This document shows positions 13,675 to 27,294 of a stretch of DNA of 64,000 bases, piece after piece; the first letter of the stretch is position 1, and every line of letters begins with the position of its first letter. This DNA is from Trichoplax sp. H2 (lineage: Eukaryota). The stretch lies in the NCBI GenBank assembly GCA_003344405.1, contig NOWV01000140.1, positions 62,001 through 126,000 on the forward strand, given 5' to 3'. The notes under the pieces were generated by a model. It did not search any database. It saw only the letters and a program-made list of their open reading frames with translations, and was not told the DNA's origin. The position numbers and the translations under genes were made by a program.

Positions 13675-15855
13675 ATTGAATTGTATTATAAGTATGCACA
13701 AGTACGGGCTTGAAATGGAAAAGGTTTAAAGTATTTTTGAATTTTTAGTTCTTTCCAAAGTTTTCACCTGAAAAGAATTTTACGATTTTTTTATATTCTT
13801 TAAACTAGATTGGCAGCAATTTATAGTTACAATTATATATAGTTGAGCAAATTGTAGCCTAATATTTCAAAATCAAATCGACTTTATAAAAGTAGAAATT
13901 TATATGTCTTTATGGTCTTACCGCGATATGTTTACTGACTAAAATTCAAAGCTTATCAGGCAATATGCAGCCTAAAATTGAGATTTTCCTTGATCAAGTA
14001 GATGTCTTCGGCTTGATTGACAACAAGTTATAGTAGAAAAACTTACGTCCTCATTATTTATAAAGGTCGAAAAATTTTATTTTTATTACGATACTCACTG
14101 CAGTTAAATCTCTATAATATTGATAATTAGCCTTTCATATCAATTAACCATAGCTTTTAATATCTTTTTATTCTCACTTCTCCCAGAATTATGGTTTGTG
14201 ATTTATCTAGAATATTGATTATTATAACATTACGGCAATATGAATAAGTTATAAGTCATTGGTAAAGATAGCGGTAAGCCCAAATTTTTTTAGTTTTTTA
14301 ATTAATTTTTTAACTAATCTAACGCCCGGATATCTGATGAAGGAAAAGTTTAATGATGTGGATTTTATTGTAATTTCCTTCATTAATTAATCAGTCTACG
14401 AGATCATAACAATAAAGTTAAAATTAAAGCCACGAGAAGTGTATAAAATCTCACGTAATAAATAAACTATAAATTAGAACGTGAATGTCCAGCAAGGAAA
14501 CCTGTTTTCTATACGAGCTGCCTTTGCTTTGATGAAGTATCAGTCCTAAGGTCATTTTGGTGACTTAAGAATGAAAAAAAAATTAATTATGCTTAAGGCC
14601 GCTGTACACAAGAAAGTGTTTACTGCATGATAACCTTCGTTAATAATCTGAGATACCAGTTGGCAAATCACTGCAATACGCCATTCTACAATGAAGATAC
14701 GTAGACTACAATTCAAGGCGGTATCGGTCGGTAGATATCCTTTTGCAAGGCATTTCTCATCTCGTTAGGCAACATGGATAGCTTAATCACCCATCTGTAA
14801 CTGGTCTTTTCCACTGCTTTATTATACAGTAAGTGATCCAATTTAGAATCATTCCAATTTTGTTAATTGGCGTTGGGCTATAGGTAGATTGTGTCCATTG
14901 AGTATTATTGGATATAGGGGAATAAATTATCCTTCAAAAGGCAATGTTAGACGGGAAGTACTTTATTGAAAACATTTTAAATAATTAATGATTGCATTCT
15001 GCTTTATTAGCTAATCGCTAGCCGAAATAGATATTGTTGACTTAGCTCCGTATTTCAATTCATCCATTCCATGAGAACTATCAAATATTCAAATGGTGAA
15101 AGAACAATCTTAATCTGCCACTTATAGTTTTTCAATAGAATTTTTCGAATAGATAAAAGTAAAGCATCAATAATCTGTTATTATTACCTTCAATTTGCGA
15201 TAATATGTTTGTTTAGCCATATATATAAGTAGATTATAAACATCGTCATCATGATGATCAAAAATGTCTCGAACATTCCTAAATGAATCGCCAATTACCT
15301 TAACATCTAGGGTAATAAAATTTTCTAGTATATAGTTGAAATAAAAGTCATTAAGGCAGTCAGAAATCAACGGGATAATTTGTCCTCGAACTCTTCTTTA
15401 TTATTAGTCAAAACTGTTTAGATCGCTATTTCTTTGTAACGTTTACATTTCGAATCTGATTTAAATTTGATAATAGCCCTTTAGCTAATGTGAATGCTAA
15501 CTCAATTTGGCTTTGCTTGGTGGCTTATAAAATTTTTAGCGCAGATCTTTAAGTTGCAATTTTAAAAGCAATATAAAAGTGATTATCAGTAAAAGAATGC
15601 GGACTTCAAAATTTAGAAATAGATTTCAAACGATATTGGTCTTTTTTGTTAAAATGGAGATTGCATTTTCTTTTTTTGGCGCTTTTATAAATTAATAACA
15701 CAACAGAAGTAATGTGAATTGCAGAAAATTGGCTAAAAATTTAATCTCAAGCTAACATATCAAATATTAGACGATAAAACAGGACTGAAACTTAAGTATT
15801 CAGTCATTGCATAAGAAATTGAAGCGGAAAGTTAATAAAATGCATTTGGCTTTGC

Positions 15856-16128
15856 GATGGAGGGTTCGAAGAGTCGGATAATATGGTTTTAGTAGCCATG
15901 CAGAGAATTGCACAAGGAGCCTAAGAAAAGAGGATACTTTATTGTAGATAGTAGTTAGGTACAGTGTGATAATTACGGTAGGTCAGCGTGGTAGCTGCTG
16001 TGAGTAAAATGTGAATACTAACTGTAACTAATAATGCAACTTAAGAAATCTAAGGTAGAAAACGGCAGTATTTATAGCTATGGCATTAGAACACATGCAG
16101 AGAACATGATTGTAGGATTAGATACAAC
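15856..16128. repeat. Dispersed repeat family R2, copy 1 (~275 bp)
   Basis: gatggagggttcgaagag...gccatgcagagaattgcacaaggagc...ggattagatacaaca is repeated directly at 42316-42588. Confidence 0.85.
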
Positions 16129-16629
16129 ATATACCATAACAGGTTATTGAATAACAGATGATTGTAGAAAATAGCGAGGACTGTAATAACTAAATGTAGT
16201 AAGCCAAATTTGAATGTAGAGCGAACAGACAGTAGATATGTCTAAATATAAGATCAATACAACATGTCTATAGAGTAGAATATAATTACAGTATATTCTA
16301 AATACACTACATTAGTGCTCTTAGTTATGCGTTCATAGTTGTTCACTTTGAGTTATTCTTTGGAGGTAGCTAATCTTGAATCATTAGGCAGTTGTTTAGG
16401 ATCTATATGTACTAGGTTATCCTTAAGTCTTCATTACATCTAGTGTCTTGAGGCCGCCAATAAAGTATTTGCTAACCTAGGGGTGCTAAGTCTGTCCGTG
16501 AGTTAGTGAAGTAATTAATCAGGCTAACCCAATAGTCGGTGTATTTTGTGAACTATATAGTTCTATCTTGGTCAATATATTCCGAACGATAACAGGTATG
16601 TGTTGGACTAAGTGCTAGAAAAGTAAGAA

Positions 16630-17830
16630 ATGTTTTCACTCATTCTTTATATGAAATTTAATTCGTCTTATTTCAAAAAGTCTCCACATATTCCTATATA
16701 ATGTCTCTACAAGTCTGCAATTTAATAAGACTTTACTAGCCTATACAATGCAAGTATAATAAACTTACGAGCCATTTTTTTCTAATCCGATTATATGAGA
16801 TATTCATTTATTGATATCCATTTTCACTCATTCTTTAAAAGATTTTTAGTCGTCTTATTTCAAAAAATCTCCACATGTTTATATAAAATGCCTCTATAAG
16901 TCTGCAATTTAATGAGACTTTACTAACCTACAGTATACCATGCAATGATAACAAATCTACGAGCCATTCTTTTCTAATTCGATTATCGTGGCTTTCTTAC
17001 TGATTTATAACTGAAAAGCGTTATAAGTGGTAGCCATAGCTAGAGAAGCAGTCAAAAATAATTATTAGTCAAACTATTTCTTTTCTAAAGCGATTACCAT
17101 AGCTTTCCTACTAAACTAATACTGATAAGAAGTATCAAGAGGAGAACTTGCTAGAGAGGCAATCGTAGTCACATTTCACTCATTATTTCGAAGATTTTAG
17201 GCCATTTTATTTCCGAAAAGTTACCGCATGCTTCTATATAAACTATATGCTTAGTACAAGTCTGCAATTAAATGTATGTTTCGTAATGCAGTTCCATGTA
17301 ATTGTCATCTATACTGCACCTACGGATCATTACTTTTCTAAAGTAATTGCCGTAGCTTCTTTAATAAATTAATACTAGCAAAAGGTATTAGTAGGAACAA
17401 TTGCTTGGGAAGCAACCAAGAATAAGTTTTACTGCAGCTATCCCTTTTTAAAATGCTTACCGTAGCTTTCTTACTAAATTAATACTAGCGAAAGGTATCA
17501 ACGGGAGCAATTGCTAGAGAAGCAATCAAGAATAATTTTCATTCGAACTATTCCTTTTCTAAAGCGATTACCACAGCTTTCTTGCTAAATTAATACTGAT
17601 AAAAAGTATCGGTAGGAATGATTGCTAGAGAAGCAATCAAGAATAATATTACTTTTCTAACGCGATTAACGTAGCTTTCTCTCCAAATTATTGCTATCAA
17701 GAGGTATCGGCGGGAGTAATCGCTAAAGAAGCAATCAAGAATAATTTTCACTCATTCTTTAAAATACTTTTACCCGCCTAATTTCAAAAAAATTTCATAT
17801 GTTTATATAAAACACCTCTGCAAATGTACA
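16630..17830. repeat. Composite degenerate satellite of two interleaved units
   Basis: Unit X (ttttcactcattcttt...atttcaaaaa...caagtctgcaattt) occurs at ~16630, 16820, 17173 and 17745. Unit Y (~110-120 bp; aagcgattaccatagctttc..ctaaattaatact..aaggtatc..ttgctagagaagcaatcaagaataa) occurs at ~16980, 17085, 17340, 17455, 17560 and 17660. A solitary Y+X copy is at ~35060-35230. Confidence 0.75.
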
Positions 17831-18177
17831 ATTCTATAAAATCTCGATTTCAGGAATTTTGCAAGGGAAGAGATTTTTTAATTGGTGTAGCTTGTGCTTT
17901 TTATTCTATCAAATATACCATTTAAAGATTTCTTATCATAACACGAAACATGGACTACGCGTCTATTTGAAATCTGAAAGCACCAGTAAAATTAGGAATT
18001 AGTATCTTATGTGCTACGTCATGTTCTTCTTCTCTAGCTTATCTTCTGGACTATATCTAAAAGTAACAATTAGCTGCATTATAAATTGTTGTTTAGGCAG
18101 CAAAAGGATCGATCTTAGCCAATCCGTTATAATTTATCCTTACCTACGTAACTGTATCTCTTTAATGAATCAACTTG

Positions 18178-20296
18178 TTACTTTACAGCTGGTAAGATCG
18201 AAAAGATGCTGTCTCGTGGAATGTAGTTTCTAGGTCTTTTGAACAAAGCTGCAGTCCCATGAGCAAAGAAGAAAATGGTATCATTAGGGTAATAAGCGCG
18301 ATCAACGACTTGAAATGCCATTTGCTGTTCTCCCATATAGGGCTCAAGCATGAGCATGGAAAATTTCCAAATGACATCATGGTCTGTCAGTGACTTTATC
18401 GCATCCTCCATTCGTGTGCTTATGTCTCTGGTATCGTCTTCTTCAATGATTGGAACACTCTAAATAGACGAAAGAGAATTGAGCGGATATTAGCAGCAAG
18501 CTATTTTTAATCCTAAAGACTCTAAAAATACTCAATACGTCAATTTTTGGCATGATAAAATTTAATATGACATTGTGAATTAGTCCGATTAAGAATAGGG
18601 TATCGAAAGATTTTAAAGTATAAATAATGTAGCTAAAATTATTATTTTAGTATGGTAATGACTTGGATTTCATAAAGTATGGGCATTACAACTTTACGTA
18701 GCTTGCAAACAGCTGGAAATCATAATTATTTAATTAATCCAATAGAATGAAGGTATAAAGTTATGAAACTTCGAAATAATCTAGCTAATAGTCCAAAAAA
18801 TTATATTTCCGCAATGAACTTTGCGATTTTAAGCAAGTTTACATGTATAAAAATCTTCATTCTCACGTAAGTAATGTGTCATCTAGGAAATAATTAGAAA
18901 TTTATTGGATTCCAATAAAACTCTATCAGCTATTTTTGAATCTTACTAGGAATATAACTTCATAATTTTTGCTTTTGTGGTGTCGAATTAAGCACAGTGC
19001 AGCCTCTGGCCTATTCTTAGTTAGAGAGAGGAAAGCGACTTTTTCTTTATCCATGGGTCGCATTTGGAAATGAACTAGAAAGGAAAATTTTGTTCATTCG
19101 CAATATATGAAAATAAGAGATTTATCTACGATTATACAAAACATAGGCCTGTCACAATTACATCTAATGCTTGGAAATTCCAGTAGTATGACTACTTTCA
19201 TGATACAATTTTACGATTGAATATTAATGTCAAGATAAATAGGAATTATTTAATTTTCTTTAATATTGATTAAGCTTATAGAGTGCAGTTACCAGAAAAA
19301 AGCATTTTAATCATACCAATAATCGCGATAAAAATTGTATTATCGAATCTAGTGCCCATAAAGATAGGAATGAGCTACAATGTGACAGTTATAGAATGTT
19401 ATCATTACACTTGACGATATAATAGGCAGTAGTTTGGTAATAATCATGGTAAAAACTGCAAGATTAAGTGGCAGGGGCTTTAAAAATTACTCGGGTAGTA
19501 ATTATTTACAACTTTCCAATTTTAGCTTGCAACTATTCTGCTTGACGATAGGTTAGCATGTAGCAGAATTAATGGTTGAGGTAAAAATGAATAGAAAACC
19601 GCTGCTTAAATTTTTCTAATTACACCAACGGCAATCACTAATGGTAAGGTTGAAATATTGATGTAATATTAATTCCACTTAGTATTAAATAAAAAATTAC
19701 TATTTAGAGATAACTAGTTCAAAAAGATTATAGCGTTCTTGAAAGATGTCATACCCTTTAATAGCAACTATCAAAGTCTCAATCATCACGTAAAGATGAT
19801 GAATGAGTAGCAACATCTAAATAGAGCTAAATCATACCAGCTTCAGGATCCACTTTCTCTAAAATACTAGAAAATGTGACTTCAAAACCAGCATTGGATC
19901 CATAATTCGACATTTGTCTGGTACGATTCACGTATTGATCGTTCCTTAGCAGCATAACTGTTCGGCTAGCAGCTGCTTCAGAAGCTTTCGAACTTTTATC
20001 TCCTATAAGTCAAGATTAAATTAATCAATTTTGACAGCTATAACATAGAATTGAAGGTATTTATAGTGCAATTTTATTGCAGTCATGGAGACGATTGATG
20101 GTTCTCTTGCAAATTTTTCATATAATTTAAACTGTCCATCGAACAAATCATGTATAATTGCACGATATCGAAATGAACGTTTGAATCTGAGCTTTATCTT
20201 ATTAACTCTATGCAAATATAGCGGTCTTAGGCTCAGTTTTGAAAATAAAATTTTGCAGCATATATATGGAGTAAAATCCATTAACTTACCTGACAT
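18178..20296 (-). CDS. Family paralog P4: putative IL-1-like beta-trefoil protein, 193 aa (close sister of P3)
   Basis: Coding exons 20290-20296 (ATG TCA G), 19838-20002 (165 bp), 18947-19074 (128 bp), 18178-18459 (282 bp). MSGDKSSKASEAAASRTVMLLRNDQYVNRTRQMSNYGSNAGFEVTFSSILEKVDPEAV HFQMRPMDKEKVAFLSLTKNRPEAALCLIRHHKSKNYEVIFL SVPIIEEDDTRDISTRMEDAIKSLTDHDVIWKFSMLML...SILPAVK*. Splice sites are colinear with P3. Confidence 0.88.
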
Positions 20297-22995
20297 GTTG
20301 GACTGTAATAAAGGATTGCTCAAGCACAGACTTGAAATGTTAAAGGGTTAAAGTATTCTTCAGCTTGTAGGAGAATTTAAAATTTTAACCTAAAAGAAAA
20401 GATAGAATTGTTCCTCATATTCTTAAACTAAGTAAGCAAAGTCTTTAGCTTTAGATTAGGTGCAGCTACACAAATTTTGCAGATTGTATAAAAATCAAAC
20501 CCACTTGATAAAAGAAGCAGCTTAAATATCTATTTATCTTACCACAATATGGCAACAGGCTGTAATTCAAAGTTTACTATGGTAAACGTGAAATGAAATC
20601 TAGATTTTTCTTGACCAAGTAGAACGCTTTTGCTTGTTTGTCTGCAAGTAATGGCAAAATTTTTTGCGTCTTTACTATTTATATAGATCTAAATACTGAA
20701 GCTATTGCTTCAGTTGCGAATACTTATTGCCGCTAATCTATCTATGATATTCATCATGGCTTTTGTATTTCCTATCAATTAGTCATCGTACGAACATCTC
20801 TGCATTTTCACTTCTCTTGGAAAGAGTATTTATCCTTCATAAGTAAAGGTCAATATTACTCGACATTATAATATTCAAAAGCTGCAGTAATTTGATCTTG
20901 AATCATTGCCGAAGAAAGCGGTAATTTAAACGGTTTTAGTTTATTCCATGATTTTTAACAGGTCAAGCGGTAGAATATCTAATTATAGTCAATTTCCACA
21001 ACTTGACATTATTATAATTATCTTCACTAATCTACATTTAATATATCGATCTTCGAGATTCCAATTATTTAAATTTAAAATTTATGTAATGGAAACTCAG
21101 TAAAATCTCATATAGTAAATGAATGGTGCATAAAGTGTCGATATTACACAATCGAAACCTTCACCGCTGTATTAGTTTTAATCCACTGATATAATCAAGC
21201 TCAACAGATCTTTGGATAATATAAAAATCAATAAAGTTATCTACTTATTCTTCTAGATGTTGTTGTCAACATCGACTATTACTCAATAGAATTCGTCGGT
21301 ATTCCAATCACTAATGGATAGATAGGGTCCTACTAGATATATTTTCACGGCGATAGAGAACATAAACAATTTAACTACTGGCATCAATTAAGCGCTACAT
21401 GTTACCCCATTTTACTAAATGTTATCAAAGTCAAATTATTCCAAGTTTACTAATAATACAGGATAACGTATCTATTATGTCCAGTTAGTATTATTATTCG
21501 ATATTGGAGAAAAAGTTACGCTTACAAAATAGAGTAGGAAGCTAGATGGGAATTGCTTTAATTCTAATATTTTATGAAACTGATGATATGTCACCATGAC
21601 TATAAGTAGTTGAGCACCTAGAGAAATAGACATTGTCTAACTTAATAATTCAATTCATACGTTCATTAAGAATTATTTAATATCAAAATCATGAAATAAC
21701 AATGTTATCTAATGAGAGAAATGTTTAAATGGATTTATAACAAAACAGTTTAACGGTCTATTGTAAATGTCTTCAATGTCTGACAATGCCGTTTATTTCA
21801 ATGCCAAAGATTATAAATTAAAAACCTAATTATGATGCCTGAAACGTCCAGAATATTCCAAGGTAATAGGTCCACTAATTGCCTGGACAATCATAATAAC
21901 AGAATTTCCAGCGTAAAGTTGAAGACATCCAGCCTTAACTATAGCTTAAATTTAGATACATAACTCATATTTAATGACATATGATAAATTTTCAATGAAA
22001 GCTATACAACTAGTAATAACGGAGCAACTTGGAGTAGAAGGTAGCAAAAACATATGTAGTCAAGAAATGGCTATCTTAAATAACATGTAGGGTATAACGC
22101 CGAATGTTGATGGATAGAATTATCACAATACAATTCTTAATTATCTAATGGTGGATTAAAGCCGAATGCACTAATCCACGCCCAAGCTCTTTCTTAAAAA
22201 TACGTTCAACGCCCAATGCTTACGGAAGATAAGAGCTAGCAAACTATAGATAGACTTTTATTTGTATATATTGTTAAATATAAATGGTAAAAATATCTTT
22301 AGCCAGCTTACATGTATCAATTACTTTCTAATGGTGTAGTAAGGGGCGATTTTTGACACCAATATACCGTATGCTATTTTCTACTTGAATCTGTGAGGCA
22401 TAAATAATAACTGTTATCTTATTCAACTAGTTTTATAGTCCGTAGCTTGATCACAGCCATAAAGGTATATACAGTATAGCTCTTAAAATAGGATCTCTTT
22501 TAATGGCATTGATAGCTATCTGAGTTAGTTAGTCTTGTTTATGCTACATTTCATATTCATAATTTTGTAAATGTATGAGCAATTTAATAGACGTTAACTT
22601 ATGATTGAGAATCTACACCTACAAGATGTGAGATACGGTAAATCGATCAGAATCAGTCTCTGCTGTCTCAAAGTTGCAGAAGTTTCTGAGCTTTTATCGT
22701 TAGTATACAAGGCACATGAATAGAATAATGTTCTGGTAGTTTAGTTAACAAATATTTCACATAAAAAAACTTCGTAGCTTGTTATTGTTCATTTTATTTA
22801 CTATGATAATTGTTACCATAAAGTATATTGCTGTATTGTTTTATTAGCTCTATTTCATGCCAAGATCCCTGTAGTTTTAAGTCAGATCAAGATTTCAATA
22901 CATTCATATGAACTTTATTCTGAATCGATTTTCCTTTCTATCCTTTACTTATTAGGCAAGGGTGTTTTTATGTAGGAGCGTAGACACCACAAAAC

Positions 22996-24658
22996 TCAGT
23001 CGATATTCGGAATATTATTGTCAATAGTATCAACAAAGGTTACGGTTTTATCGAGATTGAAAACGGCAATTTGCAGTTTTGTTTTGTTAGCAGTGCCCTT
23101 AATAGGTACATATTGATAAAGAATATCCAACAGTTGCCAACGGGTTTGTGTGAAAAAGCCTGATATCTACCTTGTAAATGATATCTATATGATAATAATT
23201 GTTCAACTTTTCGGCTTCCAATTGAAAAGTATCGATAGATGAATAAAGAGAATTCAGTTTCTAAATAAAGGCATTAAATTTTAGTGAGCTTCAAACTAAT
23301 GGCGTTATTATTCTAAAGAAAAAGATCTATGTTAATATAAATGGGGAAATATCACTAGATAGGCATTAAAATATTCTTACTAGTGCTTAACATTATGGAG
23401 AACAGGCACAACGATTTGACTACAAGTACGTAACAACTTATGGCTTTCTATACTAGCTGTTAAATAGTGCTATGCATTGCAATGGCGCTCTTTCCACGTG
23501 CTATTTAATTAATCACGATTATTGGAGTATGGATGGCGGCAAATTAGAAACGAAAGTAATTTATAATTTCATGAAGAAAAGTGTTCACTTTCCATTTAAA
23601 TGTAAAATATTTACAGACTTTAAGTCTAGCATATTAGGCTCCAAAATATCATCCACTGCTAGCAAGCAAATCCATATAGAAAAGGCTTAAATTCGTATAA
23701 AATTGCATACTATCATGCAATTTAAGAGTTTTGGTAACTTCTAACAACACTTGCAACATCTTTACTAATAAATTTGTATATAAATTCAAAATGAACACTG
23801 CCAATGACATCAGAATGATTAAAATCATATTAAATTTTACGATCATGGAATAAATACTAATAGCTTATACATTAAAGATTAGGAAATAGTTATAATATGC
23901 TCTAATTCCGTTTAGTTCTACATTCCTTAGAATTCTACCTTTGAATTACATCGCTACTGGTATAATATCTAGACAAGAAGTAGAATGTTATTTCTGAGGT
24001 AAATTTATTACTTACCAATATTAAGAACTTGTAGGTATCAGTACATTTTAGTCTATTTAGACACAGTAGATACGACTTTTCAGATGAGGTCATGAAAAGT
24101 CCAAATGTACTATCGGTTAAAATTAAGCAAAAATGGGCTAAAAAAAAGAAAAAACATCGAAAGAGAGGGTATTAGTCCTAACTGAAAATTGTTTCGCTGC
24201 CAACAAATACCGATTCTGTTCTATAGATTTCTATGCAATTTGTACTTTATTGCAGTGTAGGCAGGACAATCGGATGGTATTATCTTATACGAGTATATAG
24301 CATATATTAATAATGGCATAGGCTAGACTGGACTCTTGGTTACTACTGTTCGATTTAGACTATGCGGCAAATTTATCAGAACATTAGATGTCTTAATAAG
24401 ATCGAAGTTACATGACTAAATATGTCACAATTATTACTTCTTTCACTAGGCTCTTTTTGGAGAGAAATATTTGATAGGCGGAGATGGTTACATAATTATA
24501 CTCGCTGGTGTCAAGTCATACTCTTCATCAACTCAAAGCATTATGGAGTATAAGCTTTAATAGAGTTTAGGAATTGCATCTCCTCTTGCCGCCTGTTTTA
24601 AGCTAAAAATAGCCCTGACTTCCACAACGATTAAGAGAGTAATTTCTATCTTAAGCTA
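22996..24658 (-). pseudogene. Paralog P5 pseudogene
   Basis: The middle exon 24016-24137 is intact (122 bp, phase 1-0: HFCLILTDSTFGLFMTSSEKSYLLCLNRLKCTDTYKFLIL). The last exon from the acceptor at 23260 reads KLNSLYSSIDTFQLEAEKLNNYYHIDIIYKVDIRLF and then frameshifts near 23140-23150: it stops at 23099-23101, while family-like TRWQLL...IAVFNLDKTVTFVD continues in another frame. The upstream exon (~24500-24658) carries SQGYF and SIKAYT in different frames, with stops. Confidence 0.75.
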
Positions 24659-25189
24659 CTGTTATTTAAAAATGCCAGTCAATTGGTATTCCAAGGCAGA
24701 CTTTTGAGACAAAGTCTTACTCAAAGGTCAGATAGAACTTTGAATAAAACAAAATTTTTATGTTAGCGTGGAAAAATTTATCGATCACATGTCAATACAA
24801 TACTTTCCACCACAGTTGATTGACACACTACCAACATGGTAGACGTTAAGATTGTCAAATATATTGATAAATTTCCTTATTATGATAAAACATAAGAATG
24901 ATAGATATATTTGATTACTGATTGTGATCAAGCAAACATTAGTCATGCAGAGTACAATATGATTGGGATTTGAAATAATCTTATTTTATAAATAGCAAGA
25001 TCTAAAGCAGCGGTAAGAAATTCCCACAACCTCTTGATAATTGGACAATACTCATGCTTCATAAGTTTAAGCTCAAAAGAGTTCCACGATTATTCGATAC
25101 TAGGATGGTCAATAATATAAAATATGATGGACTTTAATTTTCGTATTCTTTACCTTATGTACCATTCAAACTAGGTAATATGTGCCTGC

Positions 25190-25605
25190 AAGACAGTGTA
25201 ATATTGTATTCTAAGTTGATGATATATTTAGTAATGTCAACCGTAGATGTTGCGTTCAGCATGTGATAGATATTGTCGTTAGAGGCTTAAGTATTAAATA
25301 CAGCTATCTTAGTAACTGTAATCCTTTTCAAGAGGAGCACTACGAAGCTCACACTAGAGCTTCACATGAAAGGTGTAAACTATCCTGTATTTGAGATGCT
25401 AATACTGAAGTGTGTAGTAAGTAAGGTGCTAAGACTTTAAATACGGAAAAGTATATAAGCGAGTAGTTTAGTATAGTAAGATAGTTCTTTCTCGTTAGAG
25501 GTCCTCCGCTAATCGATTACGTTGTATCTTCGTAAACGAGGTTTTGTTCGATAAATCTTAATTTTCGAAAGTTTTGAAGATTCTTGATCTATCAACCTCA
25601 CAGTG
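25190..25605. repeat. Dispersed repeat family R1, copy 1 (~415 bp)
   Basis: Reverse complement of 41772-42190, e.g. ctagagcttcacatgaaaggtgtaaactatc / gatagtttacacctttcatgtgaagctctag. Confidence 0.85.
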
Positions 25606-25899
25606 CCTGTTCTAAGCTTATACGAAGCAATCTAATACTTCTATTGGATGCCAGTAATACATATGCAATCAATACTATAAGATGCTTTGATTCGCAGACC
25701 CTTTACATTATATTATATAGTACAAAAATTGTGGTAGCAATCATCTATTCCTATACTTAACAGAAAAAATGAATACAATCTTGTTATGCTTTGAGCACAC
25801 TTAGTGATGAATAACTATAAGACCCTTTAATAAGTGAACATAGTGTTCTTAACAATGAACAATCCTAAATTAAAATTACTTTAGCTTGATCTAGTTGTA

Positions 25900-26488
25900 G
25901 AATTCATTAATAGAATTATTTAGTAGCTGAACTGGGTAACAATACTGATAATTATCTTCCTCATCGGCTGAAATTAGGTTATAAAGTTTAAACTAGGAAG
26001 GAAATGTGGTGGAAAACTGAAACAGTAAATCATGAAATCTATTTCCTCTTAATAGATCCTGGATCAACATTACATTATTTAACGTACTACATTAACTAAA
26101 TAATGATTTAACTTGATTATTAGGTTTAATTGAAGGAGGCATATATCTTATGGAATCACTACAATTTAGTCATACTGTCGAAGGATAGAGAAAATAGCCT
26201 CAAACTACGTAGGAAGAAAGCTAGTTTCTAATACTAAATACAATTACCCTTTTCGATTATGTTATCATAGTGATAAATATAGGCGTTTGAAAAGATAAAT
26301 TTCACTTGTAGAGCATATCTTACTATCATCAAAATTTTCTTTCTTCCTGATTTTACGAATACCGTCATCAAATTTTACTTCACAAAGTTAGTTCGGTAAC
26401 TTGTCGTATTTAAGACGGTCATTGAAAGACGCATTGAAGATCTCCTCACCTCGACAGAAATAGTAATAGCCAAATTGTATAGCAACAT
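25900..26488 (-). pseudogene. Paralog P6: heavily decayed relic (tentative)
   Basis: AG/GT-bounded 126-bp phase 1-1 segment 26363-26488 reads DVAIQFGYYYFCRGEEIFNASFNDRLKYDKLPN*LCEVKFDD (compare P7 GHYFERSDELYD...GLDEV). Downstream fragments are VKFIF (~26300) and, from an acceptor at 26058, DLLRG...YPVQLL, with several stops. Confidence 0.45.
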
Positions 26489-27294
26489 CTGTAAGGAGTT
26501 TCTAAACTGCAGTATAATAGAATTGCGAAGTACTAAATATTAAATTCGTTTTAAAACAGTAAAATTATCTCCAATATATGCTGCATAGTTTATTATACCA
26601 ACATGCCAAATTATTATTTCCATAGAGAATAAAAGAATTGAAAATAGTCTTATATGATAAAAATTGAACTCATTCTAAAGCTTGTACAGTATCTGGTAGA
26701 TGAGACTTTATTTCATTGATTCCTACAATTATGTCAACGTATTAAATACAAAATTTGCTAAATGGAATACAGCATACTCAAGTACCGCATCATTGATTTT
26801 ACTTGAACAAGGTCAATTCATTTTTCTAGTTTCAATTCAATATACGAGTGGGATAATGAAATTATTTTTAATAATTATAAGCATTGTAGACTTTATTAGG
26901 ATACACAGAATTTGAAATCATTTCATGCGAAGCAAATAATTTATACGGCTTCTAATTAAGATGAATAAAATTCCGTAATTTACCAGATTTAACATATTCC
27001 CTATATTCGTCAATTATTTTTACGCTTCAAGTTCTAACTTGAAATCAATGGACGCAAGCAACGTATTAACTACAATTTCTCTCCATCACAAGTGCCGGCG
27101 ATAGCATAGCAATTATTACTAAACTTTGAATCTATAATTCATGTAATTTTTAAAGATCTCTTGCTTGTGTGGAGGATATCAGAAGATAATAGTATTTAAC
27201 TTGATATCAGCAACATTTATGTTCATACAGTACTATTATTAATGACTATACAGTACCATACTTGTCTAAAGAAGAGTAAATAACTCTCCAACAA

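Noticed and set aside
13922-14075. Apparent premature stops in an upstream exon of P3 relative to the open stretch in P4 (20543-20688), suggesting P3 is a pseudogene
   Set aside because: The following 100-bp exon has stops before the ATG (in all three frames in P4), and both genes have an ATG 7 nt before the donor. These exons are 5' UTR, so P3 is intact.
16630-17830. Repeat array as a possible CRISPR
   Set aside because: The units are long and degenerate, there are no unique spacers or cas genes, and the context is eukaryotic and intron-containing.
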